Positions 1 to 8,434 of a DNA stretch of 64,000 nt are shown piece by piece. How positions within the stretch are numbered: position 1 is the first letter of the stretch; each line of letters opens with the position of its first letter. A program made the position numbers and the translations under genes. Source of the DNA: an uncultured Lachnospiraceae bacterium (GTDB lineage: Bacteria; Bacillota; Clostridia; Lachnospirales; Lachnospiraceae); NCBI GenBank assembly GCA_910577165.1, contig CAJTLX010000003.1, positions 95,458 through 159,457 of the forward strand. The letters run 5' to 3'. The notes under the pieces are model-generated. The model was not told the DNA's origin. It ran no database searches and saw only the letters and a list, made by a program, of their open reading frames with translations.

Positions 1-676
1 CCTGCGCCGCTTCAAATTTATATCCCATCCCCCAGATTGTCTTGATATAATCGCCTTTTTTGCCCATCTTGCTGCGCAACTTCTTTACGTGGGTATCGAT
101 TGTGCGCGCGTCACCAAAATAGTCATAATTCCAGACATTGTTTAAGATTTTCTCGCGTGAGAGTGCCACTCCCTTATTGAGCATAAAATAAGTCAGAAGT
201 TCAAATTCTTTAACGGACAAATCGATCTCCTCCCCGTCAATAGTGACCCGATGTGCCGTCTTATCAATGAGAATTCCTCCCTCCTCAAGCCCCCCCTCTT
301 CCGACTGCATTGTTCTGCGCAAAACAGCATCCACGCGCGCGACCAGGATTTTGGGGCTGAACGGCTTTGATATGTACTCGTCCACTCCCATCTCAAAGCC
401 CATCAGTTCATCCCGCTCGTCACTTTTTGCCGTCAGCATAATGATCGGCACCTTGGAGTACTGACGAATTTCTCGGCATAACTGCCAGCCATCCATCTTT
501 GGCATCATCACATCCGAGATTACTAACGCGACATCATTTTGCTGAAAGAAAATATCCAGTGCCTCCTCTCCATTTTCCGCCTCAATCACAAAATACCCGC
601 TCTTTGTCAAAAAATCCCTGACCAGCTTGCGCATACGGCTCTCATCATCCACTACAAGGATCTTTAACTGTCCCAT
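1..676 (-). CDS. OmpR/PhoB-family two-component response regulator (C-terminal few residues cut by window edge)
   Basis: Absent from ORF track because it runs off the window. Manual translation from ATG at 676: MGQLKILVVDDESRMRKLVRDFL..ISDVMMPKMDGWQL..IIMLTAKSDE (receiver), then LSVKEFELLTYFMLNKG..ARTIDTHVKKLRSKMG..IWGMGYKF (winged helix). Confidence 0.85.
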   Translation of the reverse strand, partial: MGQLKILVVDDESRMRKLVRDFLTKSGYFVIEAENGEEALDIFFQQNDVALVISDVMMPKMDGWQLCREIRQYSKVPIIMLTAKSDERDELMGFEMGVDEYISKPFSPKILVARVDAVLRRTMQSEEGGLEEGGILIDKTAHRVTIDGEEIDLSVKEFELLTYFMLNKGVALSREKILNNVWNYDYFGDARTIDTHVKKLRSKMGKKGDYIKTIWGMGYKFEAAQ

Positions 677-732
677 AAAATGCCCCCCTTCTCCGCATTC
701 TACTTTTATACTGCTGCCTTTATTGTTGAAAA

Positions 733-1314
733 TTATTGTCCTTCTAGCGAAATTCCAAGTTCGCGCTCGCGCTTTTCCACCGCTTCCTCGCGCTGTCTTA
801 ATTCCTGCTCCCACGCGGCGTACTTATTTTGAAGCTTAACCTCCGCATCCACAAAAGGCGTATTTGGTCCAAATATGGTGATCAGAAACATTGCACCAAT
901 CACCACAATCAAAAAAAATATTACAATCCTTGTGTTCCTGAGTTTACCTTTGTAATAACTCACCAACATCTGATTCTTCTCCTGTGTTTTTTCCTGCATT
1001 TCCTTAGAAAAAAGTTCCGCGCTTTTTTTTCTTTTTCGCGGCAAGGTAATCGGAACTTTTGGAATTTCCCCCACATCCTTTCCCGATCGCAGCAGATCTT
1101 TTTGCAGCTGCATCAGAAAAGTAATTCCGACCGGCGTGATAAATGTCTTTTTTTCTACCAGTCCACAGTATACTTTATATACTGTCTGCATATCCGAAAG
1201 ATTTGTTTTCGCCCGAATATACTGAATGGACTCTTCCTCCCTCTTTGCCTCATCCCACTCTGCCTTTGTCTCAAAGGAATATCCATCCACAACAAAACGC
1301 TCTTTTTCTTTCAT
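733..1314 (-). CDS. hypothetical membrane-anchored protein (one central TM, charged coiled-coil tail)
   Basis: 193-aa ORF with GGGGAG RBS upstream of the ATG. Hydrophobic stretch IVIFFLIVVIGAMFLITIF. No family recognised. Confidence 0.6.
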   Translation of the reverse strand: MKEKERFVVDGYSFETKAEWDEAKREEESIQYIRAKTNLSDMQTVYKVYCGLVEKKTFITPVGITFLMQLQKDLLRSGKDVGEIPKVPITLPRKRKKSAELFSKEMQEKTQEKNQMLVSYYKGKLRNTRIVIFFLIVVIGAMFLITIFGPNTPFVDAEVKLQNKYAAWEQELRQREEAVEKRERELGISLEGQ

Positions 1315-1360
1315 GATATTCTCCCCGCCAGATCACTCAAATTTTCTTCTTTGGTTTGCC

Positions 1361-2218
1361 CTATTTGTCCGCTGAATACTCCAGTACCTCGATCGAGTCA
1401 ATCACCACCGAGGTAAGCGGTCTGCTGTTATCGTCCGTCTGAACACCCGCGATCGCGTCCAATACTTCATACCCCTCTAAAACCTGTCCAAATACGGTAT
1501 GGTGCTCATACAGCCAAGGTGTTCCCCCATACAACTCATATCGCTCCACTTCCTCATCCGTCAGATCGGTATCATATCCCACTTTAATATAGTCTTTTAA
1601 CGTCATTTCATACTCTGCGTCCAAAAGTGTTTTCATCTGTAAAATTGAGTCCGCATCCGCCTGAACAATAAAAAACTGACTTCCGTTAGTGTCTGCTTTT
1701 GCAGTGTTTGCCATACAGAGCGCGCCGCGGTAAGGATGCAGTTTCCCGGAGAATTCATCCGCAAAATTCTCTCCCCAGATGCTCTCCCCTCCCATTCCGG
1801 TTCCATCCGGATCGCCGCCCTGAATCATAAAATCATCTATCACGCGGTGAAAGGTAACTCCATTATAATATCCATCCTTTGCATGGGTGAGAAAATTTTC
1901 CACGGCAAGTGGTGCCTCATTTTGGAAAAATTTTACTGTTATCGTTCCATATTCCTTCACATTGATGCGGGCATAGGTCTCCCCCTCCGACAGATCTTCG
2001 AACTGGTAAAGCTTCTTTGCTTCATCGGTAAGTGCTGGCTCCATCCTCTTTTCCGGAGACAGATCCCCGCCAGTATCCGGTGTCGGACTTCCCCCCTGTG
2101 TGGATGGTGTCGGTGAGGGTGCTTCCCCCTCCTCCTTCTTCTCACAGCCTCCAAAGGTAAGTCCAGCAGCTAAAATTCCCGTTGCACATAAAAATAAAAA
2201 TTTTCTCTCCAATCTCAA
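1361..2218 (-). CDS. cyclophilin-type peptidyl-prolyl cis-trans isomerase, probable lipoprotein
   Basis: ORF 1361..2362. Cyclophilin motifs FHRVIDDFMIQGGDP, GSQFFIV, HHTVFGQV. Lipobox LAAGLTFGGC after RKFLFL. An in-frame TTG at 2218 (or 2212) preceded by GAGGAAA is a more plausible start than the ATG at 2362. Confidence 0.85.
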   Translation of the reverse strand: MRLERKFLFLCATGILAAGLTFGGCEKKEEGEAPSPTPSTQGGSPTPDTGGDLSPEKRMEPALTDEAKKLYQFEDLSEGETYARINVKEYGTITVKFFQNEAPLAVENFLTHAKDGYYNGVTFHRVIDDFMIQGGDPDGTGMGGESIWGENFADEFSGKLHPYRGALCMANTAKADTNGSQFFIVQADADSILQMKTLLDAEYEMTLKDYIKVGYDTDLTDEEVERYELYGGTPWLYEHHTVFGQVLEGYEVLDAIAGVQTDDNSRPLTSVVIDSIEVLEYSADK

Positions 2219-2388
2219 AACCTCATTTCCTCTAATCTCGCAAACTTCTCCTGCCGGATAATGTACCGGGAAGGGCGGAGAGCAAACCTCATCCGCCCTC
2301 GCAGTAATATCATAGTGCTTTTTCTTAAATTCTACAAGTATTTCCCTGTGAAACCTTTTCAAAAATTTTATGAAAAATCCGTGAAGCT

Positions 2389-3375
2389 TTAGTGAACTTT
2401 CACCTCATTTACCAGTTCCTTCCCGGCAAAAAAGTCGCTGAGATTGCGCAGCGTCACTTCCGCGATATTGCCAAGTGCCTCCGCAGTCAAAAACGCCTGA
2501 TGCGAGGTAACTACTACATTTGGCATGGAAATCAAGCGCGCTAACACATCATCCTGCATAATTCGGTCAGAGCGATCCTCGTAAAAGAAATCCGTTTCCT
2601 CCTCGTACACATCAAGCCCCGCCGCACCGATCTTGTGCGCCTTGATTCCCTCAAGCAATGCCTCGCTGTCAATTAAAGCACCCCTGGACGTATTGATTAG
2701 GATCACCCCATCCCTCATCTTTGCAATGGTATCCGTGTTAATAATATGCTTGGTTTCCTTTGTCAGCGGACAGTGAAGCGAGATCACACTCGAATCACGG
2801 CAGAGGGTATCCATATCCACATAGGTCACGCCCTCGCGCGGCATTGGGTAGGGATCAAATGCCAGAACCTTCATTCCAAAGCCCATACAGAGATCGATAA
2901 AAGCCTGCCCAATCTTTCCCGTCCCCACCACGCCGATTGTCTTGCCGTGAAAATCAAAACCGGTCAAGCCATTTAAACTAAAATTATATTCCCTTGTGCG
3001 GTTGTAAGCGCGGTGTAATTTTCGATTCAGCATCAGTGCCATCCCCATCGCGTGTTCTGCAACCGCATACGGGGAATATGCCGGAACGCGCAGAATATGA
3101 ATGCGGTCTTTTGCTGCGGAGAAATCTATATTATTGTATCCGGCACAGCGCATTCCCACCACGCGAATTCCAAGTCCATACAATCGTTCTAAGGTCAGCG
3201 CGTCCAGCGTATCATTGACAAATGCCACGACCGCGTCACTTCCCTCCGCCATGCGCGCTGTATGCTTATTTAATTTCTCCTCATAATAATTGATCGTAAA
3301 GTCATACTGTTCTTTCTGCTTGTCAAAAAAATATTTGTCATAAGGCTTGGTGTCGTAAAAACTGATAATCTTCAT
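2389..3375 (-). CDS. ldhA: D-lactate dehydrogenase (D-isomer-specific 2-hydroxyacid dehydrogenase)
   Basis: Matches LdhA along its full length from memory (VPAYSPYAVAEHAMGMALMLNRKLHRAYNRTREYNFSLNGLTGFDFHGKTIGVVGTGKIG; NTSRGALIDS; GLDVYEEE). Start taken at MKIISFYD (3375), which has a GAGG RBS. Confidence 0.85.
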   Translation of the reverse strand: MKIISFYDTKPYDKYFFDKQKEQYDFTINYYEEKLNKHTARMAEGSDAVVAFVNDTLDALTLERLYGLGIRVVGMRCAGYNNIDFSAAKDRIHILRVPAYSPYAVAEHAMGMALMLNRKLHRAYNRTREYNFSLNGLTGFDFHGKTIGVVGTGKIGQAFIDLCMGFGMKVLAFDPYPMPREGVTYVDMDTLCRDSSVISLHCPLTKETKHIINTDTIAKMRDGVILINTSRGALIDSEALLEGIKAHKIGAAGLDVYEEETDFFYEDRSDRIMQDDVLARLISMPNVVVTSHQAFLTAEALGNIAEVTLRNLSDFFAGKELVNEVKVH

Positions 3376-3444
3376 CTTTGAATACCTCATTTCTTAAAAA
3401 ATTGTTAAAAAGATTCTATATTATTTTTTACGGGAAGCGCGGAT

Positions 3445-4413
3445 TTATTCGGCATTTTTTTGTTGTGTCGAGATATCCAGTGTATTTCCGTCGGTTTTTA
3501 TCGTGATTGTCCCCATCACATCTGTCCGATAAATCTGCATATCCATATCCACAAAACGCGCGATCACTTCCGCGTGCGGATGACCGTACTTATTGTCCAC
3601 ACCACAGCTAATAATCGCGTAGGCTGGATTTACCACCTTTAAAAATGCCTCTGAGTTAGAAGTTTCGCTGCCGTGGTGCCCCGCCTGAAAAACATCCACA
3701 TCGGGCAGTGTGCCAAGCTCTAGCATCTGCTTTTCGCTCTCTTCCTCCGCGTCGCCGGTAAAAAGAAATTTTTCTTTTCCAAAGGTCACGACAAGCGCGG
3801 CAGAATAATTGTTCGTATTGTCATACTCTACTTCGCACGGTGCGAAAATTTCGACTAAAGCATTGCCAAACTCAAAGGAAACACCGGGTTTTGGTACGAT
3901 AATCGTCGCGCCGCTCTCCTTTACTGCACTTTTAAAATCCTCGTAGATCTTAGTATCCTTATCCTCCTCACTGAATATGATGTTCTTTACCTTAAATGCG
4001 CGGATCACCTTGGGAAGTCCTCCAATATGATCTTCATGGCTGTGTGTTGCGACTATGTAATCAAACTCCTTGATCCCTAAATCTTCTGCCGCCTCAATCA
4101 CTTCCTTCGCACTTCCGCGCCCACCCCCGTCAATCATCATTGCGTGTTCTCCACACTGCAAGATTGTACAGTCCGCTTGCCCGACATCTAAGTAAGTGAC
4201 AACTAACTTCTCTCCACCCGTATCACGAAATCCTTCCTGCGAGTCCGAGGTCCCGGAAAAAAGCTCCGTTAAGCCCTCTGGCAGTTCTTTTCCAAAAATC
4301 AGGGACAACAGCACAATAATAATCCCGATAATGCTAGTAAGAAGCTTCTTTTTGCCGCCGGTTAAATTTGTACCTTCTGGTTTCTTTTCTGGTGAATTAT
4401 CTTTTTCACTCAT
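3445..4413 (-). CDS. membrane-anchored MBL-fold hydrolase, stand-alone ComEC C-terminal-domain-like (COG2333-type)
   Basis: 322-aa ORF with RBS AAGGGGGA. N-terminal TM LLTSIIGIIIVLLSLIF, HxHxDH motif THSHEDHIGG, later GHHGS and YGHPH. Confidence 0.8.
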   Translation of the reverse strand: MSEKDNSPEKKPEGTNLTGGKKKLLTSIIGIIIVLLSLIFGKELPEGLTELFSGTSDSQEGFRDTGGEKLVVTYLDVGQADCTILQCGEHAMMIDGGGRGSAKEVIEAAEDLGIKEFDYIVATHSHEDHIGGLPKVIRAFKVKNIIFSEEDKDTKIYEDFKSAVKESGATIIVPKPGVSFEFGNALVEIFAPCEVEYDNTNNYSAALVVTFGKEKFLFTGDAEEESEKQMLELGTLPDVDVFQAGHHGSETSNSEAFLKVVNPAYAIISCGVDNKYGHPHAEVIARFVDMDMQIYRTDVMGTITIKTDGNTLDISTQQKNAE

Positions 4414-4459
4414 GTCAGTTCCCCCTTTTTATATCTCATGTTTCCTGCTTATTTATATT

Positions 4460-4485
4460 CGAACATCGGTTCGAACATACGTTCT
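4460..4485 (-). promoter_or_regulatory. two abutting LexA (SOS, Cheo-box) operators
   Basis: Gene strand reads aGAACgtatGTTCGAACcgatGTTCGaat. That is two GAAC-N4-GTTC boxes matching the Firmicute LexA consensus CGAACNNNNGTTCG, starting 11 nt downstream of the -10 element. Confidence 0.6.
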
Positions 4486-4496
4486 TTTTATATATT

Positions 4497-4525
4497 ATTA
4501 TACCTCTTTGACAGGAAAAAGTCAA
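4497..4525 (-). promoter_or_regulatory. sigma-A type promoter of the ComEC-like MBL gene
   Basis: TTGACT (4525-4520), 17-nt spacer, TATAAT (4502-4497) on the minus strand. Confidence 0.65.
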
Positions 4526-5031
4526 TCATATGATATTTTTTGTTGATGTCAGAGCAGAAAAATATTTTACCATGTTCTCCAAGTATGGTGCCTCCGGCGG
4601 ATATACATGATTTGCCAGGGTAATTGTCCTCCCGCTGGTCGGACGGCGAGTCAGCACTGGCATAATATCTGTCGATATTATACCTTATTTGACAAAATTA
4701 TAATGTATGAAAAAAGTAGTGTCTGCATTGACAAACCTCAAAAAAAATGATATATCTATTGGCAAGAAAAGGGGGAATGAGGACGTGAACATTTTAAGAA
4801 CAAGCTTCGAAGCTGAAATGATTTCAGAGTTTTTAAGAACAGAATACCATTCGGAAAGATTTTCAGAACAGATCAAAAAAGCAATAAGAAAACTCTCGTT
4901 GGACGAGAGTATATTTCTGTCTCTATGTTTCCTAAACGCATACACTATCACCTCGCTTTCTAATTTGAGTTTCTAAAATTTTTCCATTATATTTTAGTTT
5001 TCCAAATTTATCAATAGTTTTTTTGCGAAAA

Positions 5032-5052
5032 AAATTTGAGAAAATCAAATTT
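5032..5052 (+). promoter_or_regulatory. perfect 8-bp inverted repeat, candidate operator of the XRE regulator
   Basis: AAATTTGA-gaaaa-TCAAATTT ends 5 nt upstream of the -35 of the XRE gene promoter. Confidence 0.35.
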
Positions 5053-5057
5053 TGTAG

Positions 5058-5085
5058 TTGACTTATATTGGAAGTATGATATAAT
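5058..5085 (+). promoter_or_regulatory. sigma-A promoter with extended -10
   Basis: TTGACT (5058-5063), 16-nt spacer ending in TGA, TATAAT (5080-5085). The ATG lies 20 nt downstream, after an AAGAGG RBS. Confidence 0.55.
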
Positions 5086-5104
5086 TCAATAAAAAGAGGT
5101 TTTC

Positions 5105-5485
5105 ATGAAAAGTAGAATTGTCTTAGCAAGAGAATATGCAAAGTTGAACCAAAAGGAACTAGCTGGAATATTAGGAATAAGCCCTAGTACATTAAATGGA
5201 TATGAAAGAGGAAATCACGATCCTAAGTCCGATGGACTAATAAAAATAGCGAAAGCTTGTAATGTGACTACTGACTTTTTGTTAGGATTATCAGATATTA
5301 TGAATAAAGAAGCGGACATTCAATCCAAGGCAGAAATGAATAAAATATCTTTTGAAACGGATAAGAAATTACAACAGATTATCCATTATTATAACGGAAT
5401 GGATGAAACTGGAAAAGAAAACCTTGCAGAGCAAGCAGAATATTTGTTTGGGAAACATCAGGTTGCTAAAGAGAAAGAAGCATAA
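5105..5485 (+). CDS. XRE-family helix-turn-helix transcriptional regulator
   Basis: 126-aa ORF. HTH segment NQKELAGILGISPSTLNGYERGNHDP and LIKIAKACNVTTDFLLG are typical of Cro/CI-like repressors. Confidence 0.85.
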   Translation: MKSRIVLAREYAKLNQKELAGILGISPSTLNGYERGNHDPKSDGLIKIAKACNVTTDFLLGLSDIMNKEADIQSKAEMNKISFETDKKLQQIIHYYNGMDETGKENLAEQAEYLFGKHQVAKEKEA

Positions 5486-5644
5486 AAAGGGAGGGAAATT
5501 TAATTTATACTGATACATGGAAAAAAGAATGAACAGATCACCTAAGCCTATATAAAAGTATTATAAATATTTTAATAGAGATTATGATTATTTGACCCAA
5601 AAAACAGGAACTAAAAATTTGGAAAAATGAGATCCTTCGGATGA

Positions 5645-6132
5645 TATGAAGGGAAAATAACAAATAAGGAAAATTATACACATATTACTATTAAGAAAAA
5701 AGAGATTATAGGTATACAAAATGGCAAAGCAGGAAATGTTTATATCATAAGTAACTTAGGTTCTTTTGGAGAAAATGTTTTTAAAGTTGGTATGACAAGA
5801 CGATTAGATCCACAAGAACGAGTTAATGAACTTGGTGATGCCAGTGTCCCATTTAAATTTGATGTACATAGTTTTATTTTTTCAGATGATGCTGTTGGCT
5901 TGGAAAAGAAACTTCATACTATTTTCAATAACAAATGCGTAAATAAAGTAAACATTCATAAGGAATTTTTCGTGTATCTATTGATGAATTAGAAGCTATT
6001 GTAAATGAAATAGAGCCTACCGCTGAATTTAATAAAACAATGTTAGCAACAGAATTCTGACAGTCTTTATCAACAAATGAACTATATACAAATGAATATC
6101 ATGATGATTTTAATGAAGACGAAGAAATATAA
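5645..6132 (+). pseudogene. DUF4041 / T5orf172 (GIY-YIG-like) domain protein, N-terminally truncated, frameshifted and with an internal stop
   Basis: The frame is open from 5645 (..GNVYIISNLGSFGENVFKVGMTRRLDPQERVNELGDASVPFKFDVH..). The reading shifts at the T-run 5966-5970 into RVSIDELEAIVNEIEPTAEFNKTMLATEF. A TGA at 6058 is followed by in-frame QSLSTNELY..EEI, ending at 6132. Confidence 0.65.
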
Positions 6133-6333
6133 ATATCAGCTTATAAAGTCAACATGAATTTCTCTCTGGTAATTGATTTGTTACTGGTACAACAAAATGA
6201 GTAAAGCTTAATATAATTTCAATAGCAAAAAACGCCCGATGCACAAAAACAGCGTGAAGCAGAAAGATTACCATAAGTTTTATGGTTGTAAAATAATCAG
6301 GGCGCGATGGCATTTTATCGAAAGGAGAATTTT

Positions 6334-6564
6334 ATGTCAACATTAGAAAAAGCCATGAATTTATTACAGACAATTCCTGAAAATAAACTTGATACCGTAT
6401 ATACTTTCCTGCAATTCATAAAGTTTCAGAACAACCTAGAAGATAACCATAACCAAAACACTTCTGCATTTGGTATAGCCCACCAATATGCTAATCCCAA
6501 GCGGATACCTTTAGAAGAGGAGGCATTTGCTGATGCAATGGCAGAGAAACACACAATTGATTGA
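6334..6564 (+). CDS. type II antitoxin (DUF2281-like)
   Basis: AAAGGAG RBS before the ATG at 6334. 76 aa with IPENKLDTVYTFLQFIKFQ. Its 3' end overlaps the start of the downstream PIN gene. Confidence 0.6.
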   Translation: MSTLEKAMNLLQTIPENKLDTVYTFLQFIKFQNNLEDNHNQNTSAFGIAHQYANPKRIPLEEEAFADAMAEKHTID

Positions 6565-6913
6565 TGCCAATGTCATTTTACGCTATCTGCTGAATGATCA
6601 TGCGGAAATGTCACTCACTGCCAGAACACTAATTTCCTCCGGCAATGCCTACACAAAGCCTGAAATCATTTCAGAAGTTGTATATGTATTAAAAAGAGTG
6701 TATCAAATTGAAAAAGAGGACATTAAAAATTTCATTCATGCCTTGCTTAATGATATTTCCTGTAATGAATCTGAATGTGTATTGCTTGCTATAGACATTT
6801 ACGCCTCAGTTTCTCTCGATTTTGTAGATTGTCTGTTGATTGCCTACCATAGAATCAACCACGAAAACATTTTTAGTTTTGACCAAAAGCTTAACAAACA
6901 TCTGGAAGCTTGA
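6533..6913 (+). CDS. PIN-domain toxin (VapC-like)
   Basis: LIDANVILRYLLND at the N-terminus, later EVVYVL and DFVDCLLIAY acidic PIN motifs. GAGGAGG RBS 9 nt before the ATG at 6533. Translationally coupled to the antitoxin. Confidence 0.8.
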   Translation: MQWQRNTQLIDANVILRYLLNDHAEMSLTARTLISSGNAYTKPEIISEVVYVLKRVYQIEKEDIKNFIHALLNDISCNESECVLLAIDIYASVSLDFVDCLLIAYHRINHENIFSFDQKLNKHLEA

Positions 6914-6987
6914 TTATACGCCAAGAAAAAATTATTTGCACCAAAGTAAAACCGCCCGGTGTCCCCACACCGAACGGCTTTAAATAG

Positions 6988-7541
6988 ATATCCCTTGTAT
7001 ATGGGTTGCGCCGTTCGGAAATCTGCGCGCTTCCAGCACAGGACTTGGACGGAGATATTGTCCGGATAGATAAGGCAAAGGTTCTGGGCGAAGACAGAGA
7101 ATGGAAAATAAAAACCACCAAAACCACGACCAGCACAAGAGAAATTATAATACCAATGGAAATTGCTGAAAAAATCAGGGAAAAGGGATATATTTACAAA
7201 GGATATCCAAATTCCATTATATGCTTTCTGAAAGCAACAGAAGACACTCTTGGTATACCACGCCTTCCTCTTCATAAGTTACGGCATTACTTTGCATCGA
7301 AAATGAGCGTGTTAAACATCCCAGAAGCCGATATCATGCGGATGGATGGGAAACAGATTACGTTATGAAATCTGTGTACAGGTACCCAATGATGGATAAA
7401 GAAGAACAAGCCAAGCGCGAAGCAGCGGAGAAACTTCGAAATGCTTTGTTTTCATTTCTCATAGTCAATTCCATGACAAGATTTATGACAAAATTTGAAT
7501 TTAGAAAAGCTAAAACAACATTGTTTATATTAAAATTTTAA
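6988..7541 (+). pseudogene. tyrosine recombinase/phage integrase remnant (N-terminus missing, 1-nt frameshift)
   Basis: ..GLRRSEICAL..HKLRHYFASKM..ADIMRM, then the frame breaks at about 7345. Actual ATGGATGGGAA versus expected ATGGGATGGGAA. The shifted frame continues GWETDYVMKSVYRYPMMDKEEQ. An upstream in-frame stop lies at 6985. Confidence 0.75.
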
Positions 7542-7595
7542 ATTAAAGAAAGCCGCAAACCCCTGATCTCACTAAAAAACCTCTGGTTTGCGGCT
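7541..7595 (-). terminator. hairpin downstream of tRNA-Ala
   Basis: 11-bp stem AGCCGCAAACC/GGTTTGCGGCT (7551-7561 and 7585-7595) followed on the minus strand by TTCTTTAATTT. The loop is long, so confidence is moderate. Confidence 0.45.
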
Positions 7596-7607
7596 ATCTT
7601 GCCATTG

Positions 7608-7680
7608 TGGAGATAATGGGACTCGAACCCACGGCCTATACGTTGCGAACGTATCGCTCTCCCAACTGAGCTATATCCCC
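7608..7680 (-). tRNA. tRNA-Ala (anticodon CGC)
   Basis: A 73-nt cloverleaf folds by hand: acceptor GGGGATA/TATCTCC with the G3:U70 Ala identity pair, D arm GCTC/GAGC, anticodon loop TTCGCAA, T arm GTGGG-TTCGAGT-CCCAT. CCA is not encoded. Confidence 0.93.
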
Positions 7681-7726
7681 AAATTCAACAAAACTCCTGC
7701 TGCCAAGAATTCTCTTGACGAAACTT

Positions 7727-7755
7727 AGTATATTTCGAAAAAGGTGATTTGTCAA
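7727..7755 (-). promoter_or_regulatory. sigma-A promoter of tRNA-Ala
   Basis: TTGACA (7755-7750), 17-nt spacer, TATACT (7732-7727) on the minus strand, about 45 nt upstream of the tRNA 5' end. Confidence 0.6.
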
Positions 7756-7984
7756 GAGGCAAATTTGCAATTTCGAAAATTTCACTTTTTATGCGGTACC
7801 GTGGGGACTGACCTATAGCATATCCTCACAGCACCGCGGGGAGGAAGAATAATCTACCTAATTGTTTTTACTCTCTTGGTGGGTTTACATTCGGAATAGA
7901 ACTTCTTAAATCAGTAAGCGTTTCCCCGGAATTGTTTCATCATTTATCTAACATTCATCCAACCATAATTTTTTCAAAAACTAT

Positions 7985-8013
7985 TTGACAAATTCTAAAA
8001 ATGCGCATATACT
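7985..8013 (+). promoter_or_regulatory. sigma-A promoter of ssrA
   Basis: TTGACA (7985-7990), 17-nt spacer, TATACT (8008-8013), about 36 nt upstream of the mature tmRNA 5' end. Confidence 0.65.
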
Positions 8014-8049
8014 ATAGCAAGAGGCAATTTCTGCTTTCAGCGACAAACC

Positions 8050-8391
8050 GGGCTTGTACTGGTTTCGACGGGGGTTTTGAAGTTGCGGAAGCCATCCGTG
8101 GTCCGGGACCACGTTAAAACTCGGAATTAAAATTAAACGCTGAAGACAATTTAGCACTCGCTGCCTAAGGGCAGCTGTCGGTCTTAGATTTCCTGCGATT
8201 TAAGCACCGGCATCAAATTTGCGGGGCACTCTGACTCCTAAGCTTTGCGGAGCCGGAAGATCTTATGAAGCTACTAAAGTCCGGAGCTTGTCAGCTAGCA
8301 CCGGATGGAGGGAATGTCAAATAACTGACTGTGATGGGAGATGCCGCGGTGGATGGGCTTTCGGACAGGGGTTCGACTCCCCTCAGGTCCA
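8050..8391 (+). ncRNA. ssrA: tmRNA (SsrA), tag peptide AEDNLALAA
   Basis: 5' GGGCTTG pairs with 3' CAGGTCC-A (G3:U pair). GGTTTCGACGGGG near the 5' end. T arm GGGGTTCGACTCCCC. Tag reading frame GCT GAA GAC AAT TTA GCA CTC GCT GCC TAA at 8139-8168. Confidence 0.9.
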
Positions 8392-8398
8392 CTGGTAA

Positions 8399-8434
8399 AA
8401 GGACGGCTGCAAATTGCAGCTGTCCTTCTTTTTT
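8399..8434 (+). terminator. rho-independent terminator of ssrA
   Basis: GGACGGCTGCA-aat-TGCAGCTGTCC stem followed by TTCTTTTTT. Confidence 0.8.

Larger units (their letters stand above)
4665..7545. mobile_element. decayed integrative element / genomic islet remnant
   Basis: Visibly AT-richer block with plus-strand genes inside a minus-strand region. Holds an XRE regulator, two pseudogenes (DUF4041/T5orf172, tyrosine integrase) and a toxin-antitoxin pair, and abuts tRNA-Ala. No att repeats were identified. Confidence 0.5.

Noticed and set aside
4588-4606. tRNA-like 3' end (reverse complement ATATCCGCCGGAGGCACCA, ending in CCA), considered as an att-site remnant
   Set aside because: There is no matching T-stem 5' strand, D arm or anticodon arm upstream. 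It does not match the 3' end of the neighbouring tRNA-Ala. The resemblance is probably coincidental.
4612-4650. Plus-strand CCAGGGT..CTGGTCGGACGGCGAG resembling the 5' half of a ykkC/guanidine-I riboswitch
   Set aside because: The conserved 3' half (ACACGGCGGGA..CCCGGGAGA) is absent, and no suitable downstream gene lies on that strand.
4707-4976. 89-aa plus-strand ORF (MKKVVSALTNLKK..)
   Set aside because: It has no Shine-Dalgarno sequence. The apparent TTGACA/TATAAT pair upstream is only 4 nt apart, and I recognise no family. At best it is a gene fragment at the islet edge.
7756-7984. About 230-bp non-coding stretch between the divergent tRNA-Ala and ssrA promoters, checked for an SRP/6S-like RNA because of GGTGCTGT and AGGTCAG strings
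   Set aside because: It lacks the SRP domain IV core (GGAA tetraloop context). No convincing long-range pairing or terminator was seen.
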